Source: a virus (lineage: Duplodnaviria > Caudoviricetes). Taken from it: a DNA stretch of 32,143 bases. A program made the translations under genes and the position numbers. The stretch is taken from IMG/VR virus record IMGVR_UViG_3300020355_000007, positions 1 to 32,143 of that record; one strand, written 5' to 3'. Below are positions 23,468 through 32,143 of this stretch, piece by piece. Each line of letters opens with the position of its first letter. Position 1 is the first letter of the stretch. The notes beneath the pieces were generated by a model. That model was not told where the DNA came from and searched no databases. It was given only the letters and a program-made list of their open reading frames with translations.

Positions 23468-24392
23468 ATGCGCCGAATGCGGACAAGAGTTTGAAACAGA
23501 CAAGCAACTTCACGCTCATCTGAAGAAACACTCTTTGAGGGTGGTGGAATATTATCAAAAACACTTTCCAAGGTATGATCTGTATGATAAAAAAATGATT
23601 CGATTTAAAAATAAAGATCAATATTTTAGAGACGATTTTAATACAATAACAAATCTCAAAAAGTGGCTTAAAGATAAACCTCTAGAAGAATCTAAAGCTT
23701 ATTGTCAAAATATATTAACCAAAAGAAAACATACCAAAGAAATAGAATATTCTCCTACTCAAGTGGAATTAAGAACTATACTAAGTCCACCCATTCAATA
23801 TTATAATGATATATTTTTTGATTATTATGGCCTTTGCGAAAAGATAGGTTTTAAAAATAAATATCAAAATCCAACTAATATTATAGACGGAAAAGAATAC
23901 AATAAAGAAGATTATAAAATACTAATAGATACAAGAGAACAAAAGCCCTTAAAATTTAAAAGAGAAACAATTTCTCAAAAGCTAGATTATGGAGATTACG
24001 CTTTTAGTCATCCAGAACATTCTTGTGATTGTCATATAGAAAGAAAATCTCTTTCTGATTTTATTAGTACCATAAGTGGTGGTTACGATAGATTTATAAA
24101 CGAAATAGAAAGAGCAAAAGAAAATGATGCATATCTAGTAGTTTTAGTAGAAGAAACTTTAACCAATGCTTTAAGCTTTCAATATCTTCCTCATATATCA
24201 AAAAAGATAAGAGCTACCCCGGAATTTATATTTCATAGGGTTAGAGATTTAATTCAAAAGTATCCCAATGTTCAATTCCTTTTTGTAGACGGAAGAAAAG
24301 AGTCTTCTAGAATAGTAGAACTTATTTTTACTTGTGGCTGCGCTTATAAAAAAATAGACTTACAATTAGCCTACGATACAAAGGTATTATAA
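23460..24392 (+). CDS. C2H2 zinc finger plus ERCC4-type nuclease
   Basis: CAEC...LHAHLKKH; IDTREQ, LDYGDY, IERKSLSD and RFINEIER motifs. Confidence 0.85.
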   Translation: MVKCAECGQEFETDKQLHAHLKKHSLRVVEYYQKHFPRYDLYDKKMIRFKNKDQYFRDDFNTITNLKKWLKDKPLEESKAYCQNILTKRKHTKEIEYSPTQVELRTILSPPIQYYNDIFFDYYGLCEKIGFKNKYQNPTNIIDGKEYNKEDYKILIDTREQKPLKFKRETISQKLDYGDYAFSHPEHSCDCHIERKSLSDFISTISGGYDRFINEIERAKENDAYLVVLVEETLTNALSFQYLPHISKKIRATPEFIFHRVRDLIQKYPNVQFLFVDGRKESSRIVELIFTCGCAYKKIDLQLAYDTKVL

Positions 24393-26221
24393 TGTGGTAT
24401 TGTCCAGACAAATATAAAAAAGAAACACCCAATATAAATCAAGACTTAATGAAGCTTGAAGGATTTTTGCACGATAAAGAAGCAAAGATATCTTTAGCTA
24501 AATTTTTAAGATATAATTTAGCTTTTACTACAGAATTAATTTCTGGTATTAAATTAGCACCATTTCAAGAGGTCACGCTTAAAGGTTTTTTTAATAGAAA
24601 CTTTTCGATGTGTGTTTGGGGTCGTGGCTGTGGTAAATCATTTATAGCTGCAGTTTATTGTTTCTTACAATGTATTTTTGTTCCAAAAACAAAGATTCTA
24701 ATAGCTGGCCCGACTTTTAGAACGGCTAGGTTTATTTTTGAGAATTTAGAAAAGTTTGTAGACTCAAAGGGCGCAGAATTACTAAAACAATGTTTTGGAG
24801 CAAAGTCAAAAAGAAACGATCAGTTTAAATGGGATATAAATGGAGGCACAATTACAGCTATTCCATTAAGTGGAGAAAAAATTCGTGGTTTCCGTGCAAA
24901 CGTTCTAGTGCTTGACGAGTACCTTCTTCTTCCAGAAGAAACAATTAAAACAGTTTTAATGCCGTTCTTGGTAGCACCACAAGATATGGCTGATAGAATT
25001 AAAATTAGAGAGATGGAAGACAAGCTAATTAAAAAAGGAGCCATGAAAGAAAATGAAAGAATGGAGTTTAAAAACAATTCTAAAATGATCGCGCTTTCTT
25101 CTGCTAGTTATACATTTGAAAATTTATATAAAACATATCAAGAATGGACGGGTAAAATTTATTCTAAAGAAGAGCTTGATGCAGATTACTTTATATCTCA
25201 AATGGGATATCAAGCTTTACCAGACGAAATGATCGACACTACAATTATTGAAGAGGCTCAGAATGGCGGGCAAAGTCATTCAAGTTTTCAGCGAGAGTAT
25301 TGCGCTCAATTCACGGATGGCAGCGATAGTTACTTTAGCGCAAAAAAAATGCACGAATGCACCATACCTGACGGAGAAACACCCACAACAAGGATTCGGG
25401 GCAAATCAGATTCAAAATATATACTTGGAATTGACCCGTCTTTTTCAAATAGTCCTACCTCTGATTATTTTGCAATGTCGATGTTGGAGTTAGATGACGA
25501 AACCAAATCTGGAACCTTAGTACATAGTTACGCTGTAGCCGGAGGAGATTTAAAAAATCATATAAGGTATTTACATTATCTAGTTAAAAACTTTAATTTA
25601 GAAATGATTATTATTGATAATGCTGGATATCAATTTATTGACGGAGCAGTAGAATCAAAAGACTTCAAACAAACAAGCACTAAGCTGGAGTTTCTAGATT
25701 TTGACAGTAATAAAGAAGGAGAGGATTATAATAAACAATTAAAAATATTAAAAAATTCTTTAAATAAAGAATCTGGAAAAATTGTATTTAAACAAAACTT
25801 TACTAGCGATTTCATTCGTAGAGCTAATGAACATCTACAAAGTTGTATAGATCATAAAAAAATATGGTTTGGTTCTAGAATAACTGCTAATGGGGCAGAA
25901 TTTGATAAAGCTTCAAATACTCATGTAAATCTAAAACAAGTTGGAGAGAATTCAATATTAGACTTGATTGAACACCAAGATGAAATGATATACCAAACCA
26001 AGAAACAATGCACTCTAGTTGAGGTTAAGAGTACCGCAAAAGGAACCCAGACATTTGACCTTCCACAGCATTTAAAACGCTCCACAAGCGCAAATAAGGC
26101 CAGAAAAGATAATTATACAACTTTAATGTTGGCAAACTGGGCAACTAAGGTATATTATGATATGCAAAATGTGCAAGTTGAAAATATAAATGCGACATTT
26201 GAGCCTAAAATCTTTAGATAA
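24392..26221 (+). CDS. terL: terminase large subunit
   Basis: Walker A GRGCGKS, IRGFRANVLVLDE, coupling motif LSSA, FQREYCAQF, nuclease ILGIDPS, terminal RKDNYTTLMLA. Confidence 0.9.
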   Translation: MWYCPDKYKKETPNINQDLMKLEGFLHDKEAKISLAKFLRYNLAFTTELISGIKLAPFQEVTLKGFFNRNFSMCVWGRGCGKSFIAAVYCFLQCIFVPKTKILIAGPTFRTARFIFENLEKFVDSKGAELLKQCFGAKSKRNDQFKWDINGGTITAIPLSGEKIRGFRANVLVLDEYLLLPEETIKTVLMPFLVAPQDMADRIKIREMEDKLIKKGAMKENERMEFKNNSKMIALSSASYTFENLYKTYQEWTGKIYSKEELDADYFISQMGYQALPDEMIDTTIIEEAQNGGQSHSSFQREYCAQFTDGSDSYFSAKKMHECTIPDGETPTTRIRGKSDSKYILGIDPSFSNSPTSDYFAMSMLELDDETKSGTLVHSYAVAGGDLKNHIRYLHYLVKNFNLEMIIIDNAGYQFIDGAVESKDFKQTSTKLEFLDFDSNKEGEDYNKQLKILKNSLNKESGKIVFKQNFTSDFIRRANEHLQSCIDHKKIWFGSRITANGAEFDKASNTHVNLKQVGENSILDLIEHQDEMIYQTKKQCTLVEVKSTAKGTQTFDLPQHLKRSTSANKARKDNYTTLMLANWATKVYYDMQNVQVENINATFEPKIFR

Positions 26222-26241
26222 GGTGTAATATAGATCATAAA

Positions 26242-28218
26242 ATGAAGAAACAATTTACAAAACCGGCTAAACAGGCTAAAAATTTAAAACCTAAGAAAGA
26301 ATCTGCGGCAAGCGAGGAGCAAAAACCAGCAAAAACTACAACCCGTAGAAAAAAGGTAAACGCCTTAGATGACATTACGCCAATATCTGCCTCTTTAAAC
26401 GAGTCTTTTGGTGCTGACATGTCACGAAGAAACAAGGCTGGTTCCATAGAAAGAACAAACAGATTTGCTAATATTGATGATGGATTAATTCCATTCAAGC
26501 ATAGTGGAACTTATCAAAAACAAACAAACATACAAATAAAGGACGCCGTAGTTCTTTGTCAAAAAGCATATTATAATTATGCGATGTTTAGAAATGTCAT
26601 TGATTTAATGACGGAATTTTCTTCAAGCAATATCTATTTCAAAGGCGGAAGTAAAAAATCTAGACAATTTTTAGAAGCTTATTTTAAGAAAATAAATCTT
26701 TGGGGTTTTCAAGAAAAATTTTTCAGAGAGTATTATAGATCTGGCAATGTTTTTGTTTACAGATTTGATGCAAAATTACAAAATAAAGATTTGCAAAAAA
26801 TAACAAAGACTTTTGGTTCTTTAGCTTCATTATCAGATAATTCAAATATACCAATTAGGTATATGATATTAAATCCTGCAGATATTACAATGCACGGAAA
26901 CATTTCTTTTAGTAACGGAACTTATTTTAAAGTTGTCACAGATTACGAATTACAAAGACTTAAAGATCCACAAACAGAAGAGGACGAGCAGGTTTATGAG
27001 AATTTACCACAAGAAACAAAAGATAAACTAAAAAATAATCAAGTAAATAGTTTAAGCTTGCCCTTATCACCAGATAAGGTATCCGCGGTTTTTTATAAAA
27101 AACAAGATTATGAACCTTTTGCTATACCCATGGGATATCCAGTACTAGAAGACATTAACTGGAAAGCAGAAATGAAAAAAATGGATATGGCAATCACAAG
27201 AACAATGCAACAAGCAATACTTCTTGTCACAATGGGAGCAGAGCCAGATAAGGGTGGAATCAATCAAAAAAATCTGACCGCCATGCAAAAGATTTTCGAT
27301 AACGAATCAGTTGGAAGAGTTCTTATTGCCGACTATACAACAAAAGCTCAATTTGTTATTCCCGATATTGCTAATCTTCTTGATCCTAAAAAATATGCAG
27401 TTGTTAATGAGGATATAAAACAAGGATTAAATCATATACTTGTTGGTGATGAGAAATTTGCCAATTCAAACATTAAAGTTAAAGTCTTCATTGAAAGATT
27501 AAGACAGGCTAGAGAAGCATTTATAAACGAGTTCTTAATGCATGAAGTAAAAAGAATTTGTAAAGATTTAGGATTTAAAAATTATCCCACCCCCGTCTTT
27601 GAAGACATAGATATTAAAGATGCAGACACTTATACAAAGGTATATACCCGAATGGTTGAACTGGGCATTTTAACTCCAGAAGAAGCTCTAAAAGCTATAG
27701 AAACCGGAAAACTGCCGGAGGCTCCCGAATCTGTTGAATCTCAAGAAAAATTCAAACAATATAGAGATCAGGGCTTATACGAACCTTTAATTGGAGGTGG
27801 AGCAGGGAAAGAGGATACGCCTAAAGAAAATGGAAGACCGGCTGGATCTGGAACGCCACAAACAACTAAAAATGTAAAACCCGTGGGTACAGGACAGGGT
27901 TATGCTTTTGTTTTAGAAGCTATTAAGAAGAACATGGTTCTTGCTCAAAAATTAGAGTCAGAAGTTTGTGCAAATTTAAGAAAACTTCACGCAGTTAAAA
28001 GAATGAGCAAAAAACAAAAAGCTGTTGCATCAGATATTTGTGAAATTATTATGGCTAATGAATTGCCGCAAAATTGGATTTCAGTAGCTAAAGAATACTG
28101 CGAAGAACCAAAAGATAAAAATTCAGACAGAGTAAATCAAATTCAAAAACTTGCATACGATCATCAAGTAGATAATTATGTAGCAACAATATTATTTGCA
28201 AGCAAAAAGGAAAATTAA
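26242..28218 (+). CDS. portal protein
   Basis: 658 aa directly after TerL; RNVIDLMTEFS and FREYYRSGNVF resemble portal N-terminal helices. Confidence 0.75.
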   Translation: MKKQFTKPAKQAKNLKPKKESAASEEQKPAKTTTRRKKVNALDDITPISASLNESFGADMSRRNKAGSIERTNRFANIDDGLIPFKHSGTYQKQTNIQIKDAVVLCQKAYYNYAMFRNVIDLMTEFSSSNIYFKGGSKKSRQFLEAYFKKINLWGFQEKFFREYYRSGNVFVYRFDAKLQNKDLQKITKTFGSLASLSDNSNIPIRYMILNPADITMHGNISFSNGTYFKVVTDYELQRLKDPQTEEDEQVYENLPQETKDKLKNNQVNSLSLPLSPDKVSAVFYKKQDYEPFAIPMGYPVLEDINWKAEMKKMDMAITRTMQQAILLVTMGAEPDKGGINQKNLTAMQKIFDNESVGRVLIADYTTKAQFVIPDIANLLDPKKYAVVNEDIKQGLNHILVGDEKFANSNIKVKVFIERLRQAREAFINEFLMHEVKRICKDLGFKNYPTPVFEDIDIKDADTYTKVYTRMVELGILTPEEALKAIETGKLPEAPESVESQEKFKQYRDQGLYEPLIGGGAGKEDTPKENGRPAGSGTPQTTKNVKPVGTGQGYAFVLEAIKKNMVLAQKLESEVCANLRKLHAVKRMSKKQKAVASDICEIIMANELPQNWISVAKEYCEEPKDKNSDRVNQIQKLAYDHQVDNYVATILFASKKEN

Positions 28219-28220
28219 TC

Positions 28221-29378
28221 ATGGAAGAAGAACAAGATAATTCAAACGAAGTAGTAAAGGGTTTTTATGGAGATCCAGTTGACGTAAGTATGCCAAACAT
28301 ACCGATCCCCGTACCCCCAGAACCAAAAGAAGAAAAAAATAAAGATGAGTGCGATGTATCTTTTAAATTTGCTTTTGTTGGCGCTGGGCAAGGAGGTTCT
28401 AGAATTGCAGAATCATTTTACAAATTAGGATACAGAAAATTATCCGCAATTAACACGGCACAACAAGACTTAAACACAATTAAACTTATTGATAATAAAC
28501 TTTGTATAGGAGAAGGTGGTGCTGGGAAAAATCCAGAAGTTGCCGCTCAATCTTATGCAAAAAACAAAGAAGACGTATTAGATTTTTTGCGCTTTTCTTT
28601 TGGAGAAGATTACGATAGAATTTTTGTTTGTGCTGGTGCAGGAGGAGGAACAGGAGCAGGTTCTGTTGTACCCTTGGTTCATACGGTAAAAGAATTAAAT
28701 GGAATAGTCAATGCTCCAACACAAAAAGTTGGAGTTATACTTGCTTTACCAAAAGTTTCAGAAGGCAAAAAGGTAAATGCTAATGCACATAACACATTAA
28801 AAGAAGCTTATAAATTAGCCGAAGAGGGATTGATATCTCCATTAATTATTTTAGACAACGAAAAAATAAATAAACTATATCCAAATTTAGCCGTGGCCCC
28901 TTTCTGGGAAACAGCTAATAGCAATATAGCTGGTTTATTTCATTTATTTAATTTAGTTTCTGCAAAAGATAGTTCTTATTCTTCTTTTGATCCGAATGAT
29001 TATAAAACAATCTTAGATTCAGGGCTAATAGTTTTTGGAGCCGCTCCGATAACAGATTGGAAAAATCCAATGAATATAACTAAGGCTGTTAGAGATAATG
29101 TTGCCGGAAATGTTCTTTCTGGAGGCGTAGATCTTAAAACGGGAAATATGGCTGGAGTAGTTATGATTGGAGGTCACAATGTTTTAGAAAATGCTCCACA
29201 AGAAAATATAGATTTAGCTTTTGAGCAATTTTCTAGAATCTTGGGGAGAGGAAGTACTGTTCATAGAGGAATTTATAGTGGAGATCAAGACAGTCTTACC
29301 GTCTATACAGTTATTGGCGGATTAGGAAAACCAGAAGAAAAATTAAAAGAACTAAGAAAACTGGGAGATTTAGATTAA
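28221..29378 (+). CDS. tubulin/FtsZ-family GTPase
   Basis: VGAGQGGSRI, AINT, GGAGKNP, GAGGGTGAG signature, ILDNE and T7-loop-like FDPND. Confidence 0.9.
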   Translation: MEEEQDNSNEVVKGFYGDPVDVSMPNIPIPVPPEPKEEKNKDECDVSFKFAFVGAGQGGSRIAESFYKLGYRKLSAINTAQQDLNTIKLIDNKLCIGEGGAGKNPEVAAQSYAKNKEDVLDFLRFSFGEDYDRIFVCAGAGGGTGAGSVVPLVHTVKELNGIVNAPTQKVGVILALPKVSEGKKVNANAHNTLKEAYKLAEEGLISPLIILDNEKINKLYPNLAVAPFWETANSNIAGLFHLFNLVSAKDSSYSSFDPNDYKTILDSGLIVFGAAPITDWKNPMNITKAVRDNVAGNVLSGGVDLKTGNMAGVVMIGGHNVLENAPQENIDLAFEQFSRILGRGSTVHRGIYSGDQDSLTVYTVIGGLGKPEEKLKELRKLGDLD

Positions 29379-29382
29379 ATAT

Positions 29383-29411
29383 TTGACATTTAATAGGATA
29401 TAACTTATAAT
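29383..29411 (+). promoter_or_regulatory. perfect consensus sigma70 promoter
   Basis: TTGACA-17 bp-TATAAT; AGGAG SD before ATG 29432. Confidence 0.85.
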
Positions 29412-29431
29412 ACAAATATAGGAGAATTATT

Positions 29432-29647
29432 ATGGCAGTTAAAAATAATAAAGAAATTAAACCGGGTTGGAAAACTACGGAATTTTGGCTTACAACTCTT
29501 ACGGTTTTGGCATCTCTGCTTTGGGGCGCTGATGTTGTAGACCCAGATTCTACTGGTACAGCTAACAAAGTTTTTGGTTTTGTGGTTGCAGCCCTTGGAG
29601 CAGTTGGATATACGGTGTCTAGAGGTTTAGCCAAGAAGGATAGCTGA
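29432..29647 (+). CDS. holin-like two-TM protein
   Basis: KPGWKTTEFW, two hydrophobic segments, GY..SRG..K tail. Confidence 0.7.
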   Translation: MAVKNNKEIKPGWKTTEFWLTTLTVLASLLWGADVVDPDSTGTANKVFGFVVAALGAVGYTVSRGLAKKDS

Positions 29648-29838
29648 TGCAATGGTTAGTGGCCTTAGTTAAGGCCCTCTTAGAGTGGGCTACAGCCGAA
29701 ATTAAGAAGGACACTAAAGCTAGTGACGCTGATTCTACGCCTCAATCGTTAAAGGATAGATGGCGAAGAAAAATAGAAGAACAAGAAAAAAAAGTCAAAA
29801 AAGATGAAATTAAAGACGATTCTAATAGCGGCGACTAG
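29647..29838 (+). CDS. possible i-spanin / membrane-associated protein
   Basis: Amphipathic-hydrophobic N-terminus, charged helical tail; overlaps the downstream lipoprotein ORF. Confidence 0.45.
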   Translation: MQWLVALVKALLEWATAEIKKDTKASDADSTPQSLKDRWRRKIEEQEKKVKKDEIKDDSNSGD

Positions 29839-30028
29839 TTTATTTTTGGCGGTTGGTTGTGGTAGTACAAGGGTGGTTTTCGTTGATACTCAGTCTAATT
29901 TAGTTAGACTCGGTCCCAACGTAGAAGGAAAAATCTACGTCCTCAAGAATGGGGAGTGGATTCTTTCTAAAAACAAGGTAAAGCTTCCGGAGGGCTGGTA
30001 CGCCGGTGGCTTACCGACTGAGGACTAG
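29804..30028 (+). CDS. lipoprotein, possible o-spanin
   Basis: Signal MKLKTILIAATSLFLAVG-C (lipobox). Confidence 0.6.
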   Translation: MKLKTILIAATSLFLAVGCGSTRVVFVDTQSNLVRLGPNVEGKIYVLKNGEWILSKNKVKLPEGWYAGGLPTED

Positions 30029-30053
30029 ACTTCCCCACTGGTTCTCTTGTTTT

Positions 30054-30103
30054 ACGCATGGGTGTAATTTTATTTGCATCCATGCGTTTTTTTATTTTTT
30101 TTT
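30054..30103 (+). terminator. intrinsic terminator
   Basis: ACGCATGGGTGTAA...TTGCATCCATGCGT followed by long T runs. Confidence 0.8.
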
Positions 30104-30135
30104 AAAAAAAACCTTGATGTAGAGGAGATGAAACC

Positions 30136-30864
30136 ATGGAAGAAGAAAACGATAAAAGAACTCAAGAGGAAATTTCGGCAGATATTAAATTAAAAGAAGC
30201 AGAAATTGCTTTTAAAATTGCTGAAACTGAAAAAATTCAAGCCGAAGCGTCAAAAGCCATATATGAAGCCCACGAGGCTGAACTTCTATGGAAGGAATCT
30301 AAAATGGTTCATGATAGAAGAATGGCTGATGATGAAAACAATCATCTTTATAGATTTGATGGAGATGTTTCAAAGACTTCCGTCCTTAGATGTATGAGAA
30401 AGTTAACTGAATGGTCTAGGCTGTCCCCGAAATGTGATATGGAAATTGTTTTTTCATCTCCCGGCGGTAGCATTATAGACGGTTTTGAATTGTTTGATTT
30501 TATTCAAGAACTAAGATCAAGAGGACATAAAATTACAACAGGCTCTCTTGGGATGGCTGCTTCTATGGCAGGAATTCTTTTAATGGCTGGAGATATAAGA
30601 TGGATTGGTCATCAATGCTGGATGATGATTCATAGGGCTGCGTTTGGAGCAATTGGAAAAACTTACGAAGTTGAAGATGAAGTTAGATTGGTAAAAAGAA
30701 TTGAAGAACGCTGTTTGGATATTTTTGTCGCAAGATCCAAATTAACCAAACAAAAAATTAAAAGAAATTGGGACAGGAAAGATTGGTGGATCGACGCGGA
30801 TGAATGTTTGGAGTTAGGGTTAGTGGATGAAATCAGAGGCATTATGCCAGAAAGTAAAAAATGA
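30136..30864 (+). CDS. clpP: ClpP-family serine protease with N-terminal coiled extension
   Basis: SSPGG, GMAASMA (Ser), MMIHR (His), DWWIDADECLELGLVD. Confidence 0.88.
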   Translation: MEEENDKRTQEEISADIKLKEAEIAFKIAETEKIQAEASKAIYEAHEAELLWKESKMVHDRRMADDENNHLYRFDGDVSKTSVLRCMRKLTEWSRLSPKCDMEIVFSSPGGSIIDGFELFDFIQELRSRGHKITTGSLGMAASMAGILLMAGDIRWIGHQCWMMIHRAAFGAIGKTYEVEDEVRLVKRIEERCLDIFVARSKLTKQKIKRNWDRKDWWIDADECLELGLVDEIRGIMPESKK

Positions 30865-31190
30865 AAAATTGGATTATAAATCATGTAGCACACATGGCTT
30901 GTGTTGTTTTAACTTCAACAATATTTGTAGTTTATTTAATTGTTCAAGACATTAAACATACTTCTGAAAAATTAATACTACAAAAAGAATATATAGAACT
31001 ATTAGACACCAATCACAAACAAAGCGAACAAAATTTGCGTTGTATAGAGATGATTAGAGAAAGAGACGCAGCATTAAAAGAAGTAATAGAAAGATATAAC
31101 CTTTTATTAAGACAACTTAACGGAACTGCGAAATGGGCAACGAATAATGAAAAAGAAAATACTATTGCCACTAGAGGAGAAAAATTCTAA
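30861..31190 (+). CDS. N-terminal TM plus coiled-coil protein
   Basis: Hydrophobic residues ~10-28 followed by heptad-like sequence. Confidence 0.6.
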   Translation: MKNWIINHVAHMACVVLTSTIFVVYLIVQDIKHTSEKLILQKEYIELLDTNHKQSEQNLRCIEMIRERDAALKEVIERYNLLLRQLNGTAKWATNNEKENTIATRGEKF

Positions 31191-31419
31191 ATGGTGGATA
31201 GGGTCAAAAGAGGAGGAAATTACTTGGTATACAAAAAAGGGAGATGATATTTATTTGATTCCCGGATCTGAGTTTCCAGAAGTAAAGATTGACTCTAAAA
31301 CAAAAAAAAGACAAAAAATTCGCTCCAATAAAACTGAATTAAAACTCATGCTTTTCATTGCAATTGGGTCATTCATTGGTGTGGCTTTAGCCATGTTAAT
31401 ATTTTATCTAATATCATGA
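31147..31419 (+). CDS. C-terminal TM protein
   Basis: LMLFIAIGSFIGVALAMLIFYLIS tail. Confidence 0.6.
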   Translation: MKKKILLPLEEKNSKWWIGSKEEEITWYTKKGDDIYLIPGSEFPEVKIDSKTKKRQKIRSNKTELKLMLFIAIGSFIGVALAMLIFYLIS

Positions 31420-31910
31420 AAAAGTTAATTTTTATTATTTCAATACTTTTATTGAATCCGGGTTGCGCACTTTTTCATTTAGACAAACTTGAAAACATGC
31501 ATCAAAAATCCTGTGGGCCAACAGCAATAAGAGACGCTTTAAGCCAAATTCACAAAGGAATAAAATGGAAAAAAAGTCCGTTTGACAGAAATCAAATTTC
31601 AAAAGAAATAAGAAACACGGGAGATGTTCGAAGAATATTTTTAGGAAGCTTTAATCACAACGCTTTTGAAATAACTTGGCCTAGTGAAATAGAAAGCTAC
31701 CTCAATAAACATAATTTAAATTTTAAAAAAATAAATAAAATACAAGGAATTAAAGACTTAAATAAAACTGTAATATTTCTTGTAAAAGGGTCTACTTTAA
31801 AAGGCGAGTGGCACTGGATTACTTTTCCTACTTATTCTTTAGAATATATACAAAAAGTATTTGGAGATAAAACAGAAATAGTATTGGGATATATAATAGA
31901 TGAGACCTAA
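31416..31910 (+). CDS. exported papain-like (C39-like) cysteine peptidase, possible lipoprotein
   Basis: Signal peptide ending NPG-C; Q.SCGPTA catalytic Cys motif; HW motif. Confidence 0.6.
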   Translation: MKKLIFIISILLLNPGCALFHLDKLENMHQKSCGPTAIRDALSQIHKGIKWKKSPFDRNQISKEIRNTGDVRRIFLGSFNHNAFEITWPSEIESYLNKHNLNFKKINKIQGIKDLNKTVIFLVKGSTLKGEWHWITFPTYSLEYIQKVFGDKTEIVLGYIIDET

Positions 31911-32115
31911 AGATTTATTGTGCTATAATGGATTATTTGTCGAAATCGAACGAAAAGACGATTTCTGGGGCAACGACGTCGTGTATATATATGATGGGCT
32001 CAGTGATGCCTCAGAAGACGAAATAAACGCCATTAAAGACTATTTATACAACGAAGGTTTTACTCAAGACAGAAGAACTAGATGTGAAGTTTTAAGGAGC
32101 GAAAATTTCGATTAA
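31900..32115 (+). CDS. small acidic hypothetical protein
   Basis: 71 aa; overlaps the previous stop. Confidence 0.6.
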   Translation: MRPKDLLCYNGLFVEIERKDDFWGNDVVYIYDGLSDASEDEINAIKDYLYNEGFTQDRRTRCEVLRSENFD

Positions 32116-32143
32116 TTTTAAAAAGAAATAAGAAATCCTTAAT

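Noticed and set aside
24392-26221. Intein or intron in terminase
   Set aside because: Continuous 609-aa ORF with normal motif spacing and no splicing motifs seen
454-30893. Many minus-strand and nested ORFs in the track (e.g. 454-984, 5058-5444, 8972-9439, 14366-14770, 20251-20439, 29311-29652)
   Set aside because: They shadow better-supported + strand genes or run through repeats and promoters; no recognisable motifs
1-32143. Stop-codon reassignment as seen in some large phages
   Set aside because: Core genes are full length in the standard code, and TAA, TAG and TGA all occur at sensible gene ends

Overview
This looks like a 32 kb segment of a large tailed dsDNA bacteriophage, with almost all genes on the + strand. 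A Gram-negative host is inferred from the spanin-like lipoprotein. (1) 1-5.1 kb: rIIB-like gene, two tRNAs, a HExxH protein and a stand-alone RuvB-like ATPase. (2) 5.1-15.2 kb: a visibly GC-richer, early-type region of small genes driven by consensus sigma70 promoters, many giving leaderless mRNAs. Seven copies of a 33-bp dyad, TTGGCACG-N6-GCWGC-N6-CGTGCCAA, cut it into 1.1-1.9 kb units. Each dyad has sigma54 -24/-12 geometry on both strands. The same region holds four palindrome plus extended -10 promoters, three identical 14-mers containing a DnaA-box match, a roughly 400-nt structured ncRNA candidate and an ArfA-like micro-ORF. (3) 15.3-32 kb: AT-rich genes for a GT25/PLOD-like glycosyltransferase, PhoH, a HAD phosphatase, a Cys-rich micro-lipoprotein, tmRNA with a 34-aa tag, a sigma factor, an ERCC4 nuclease, terminase, portal, a tubulin/FtsZ-family GTPase, holin/spanins and ClpP. 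The dyad array is the strongest candidate for an undescribed system. All protein calls come from motif recognition by eye; no database searches were run.
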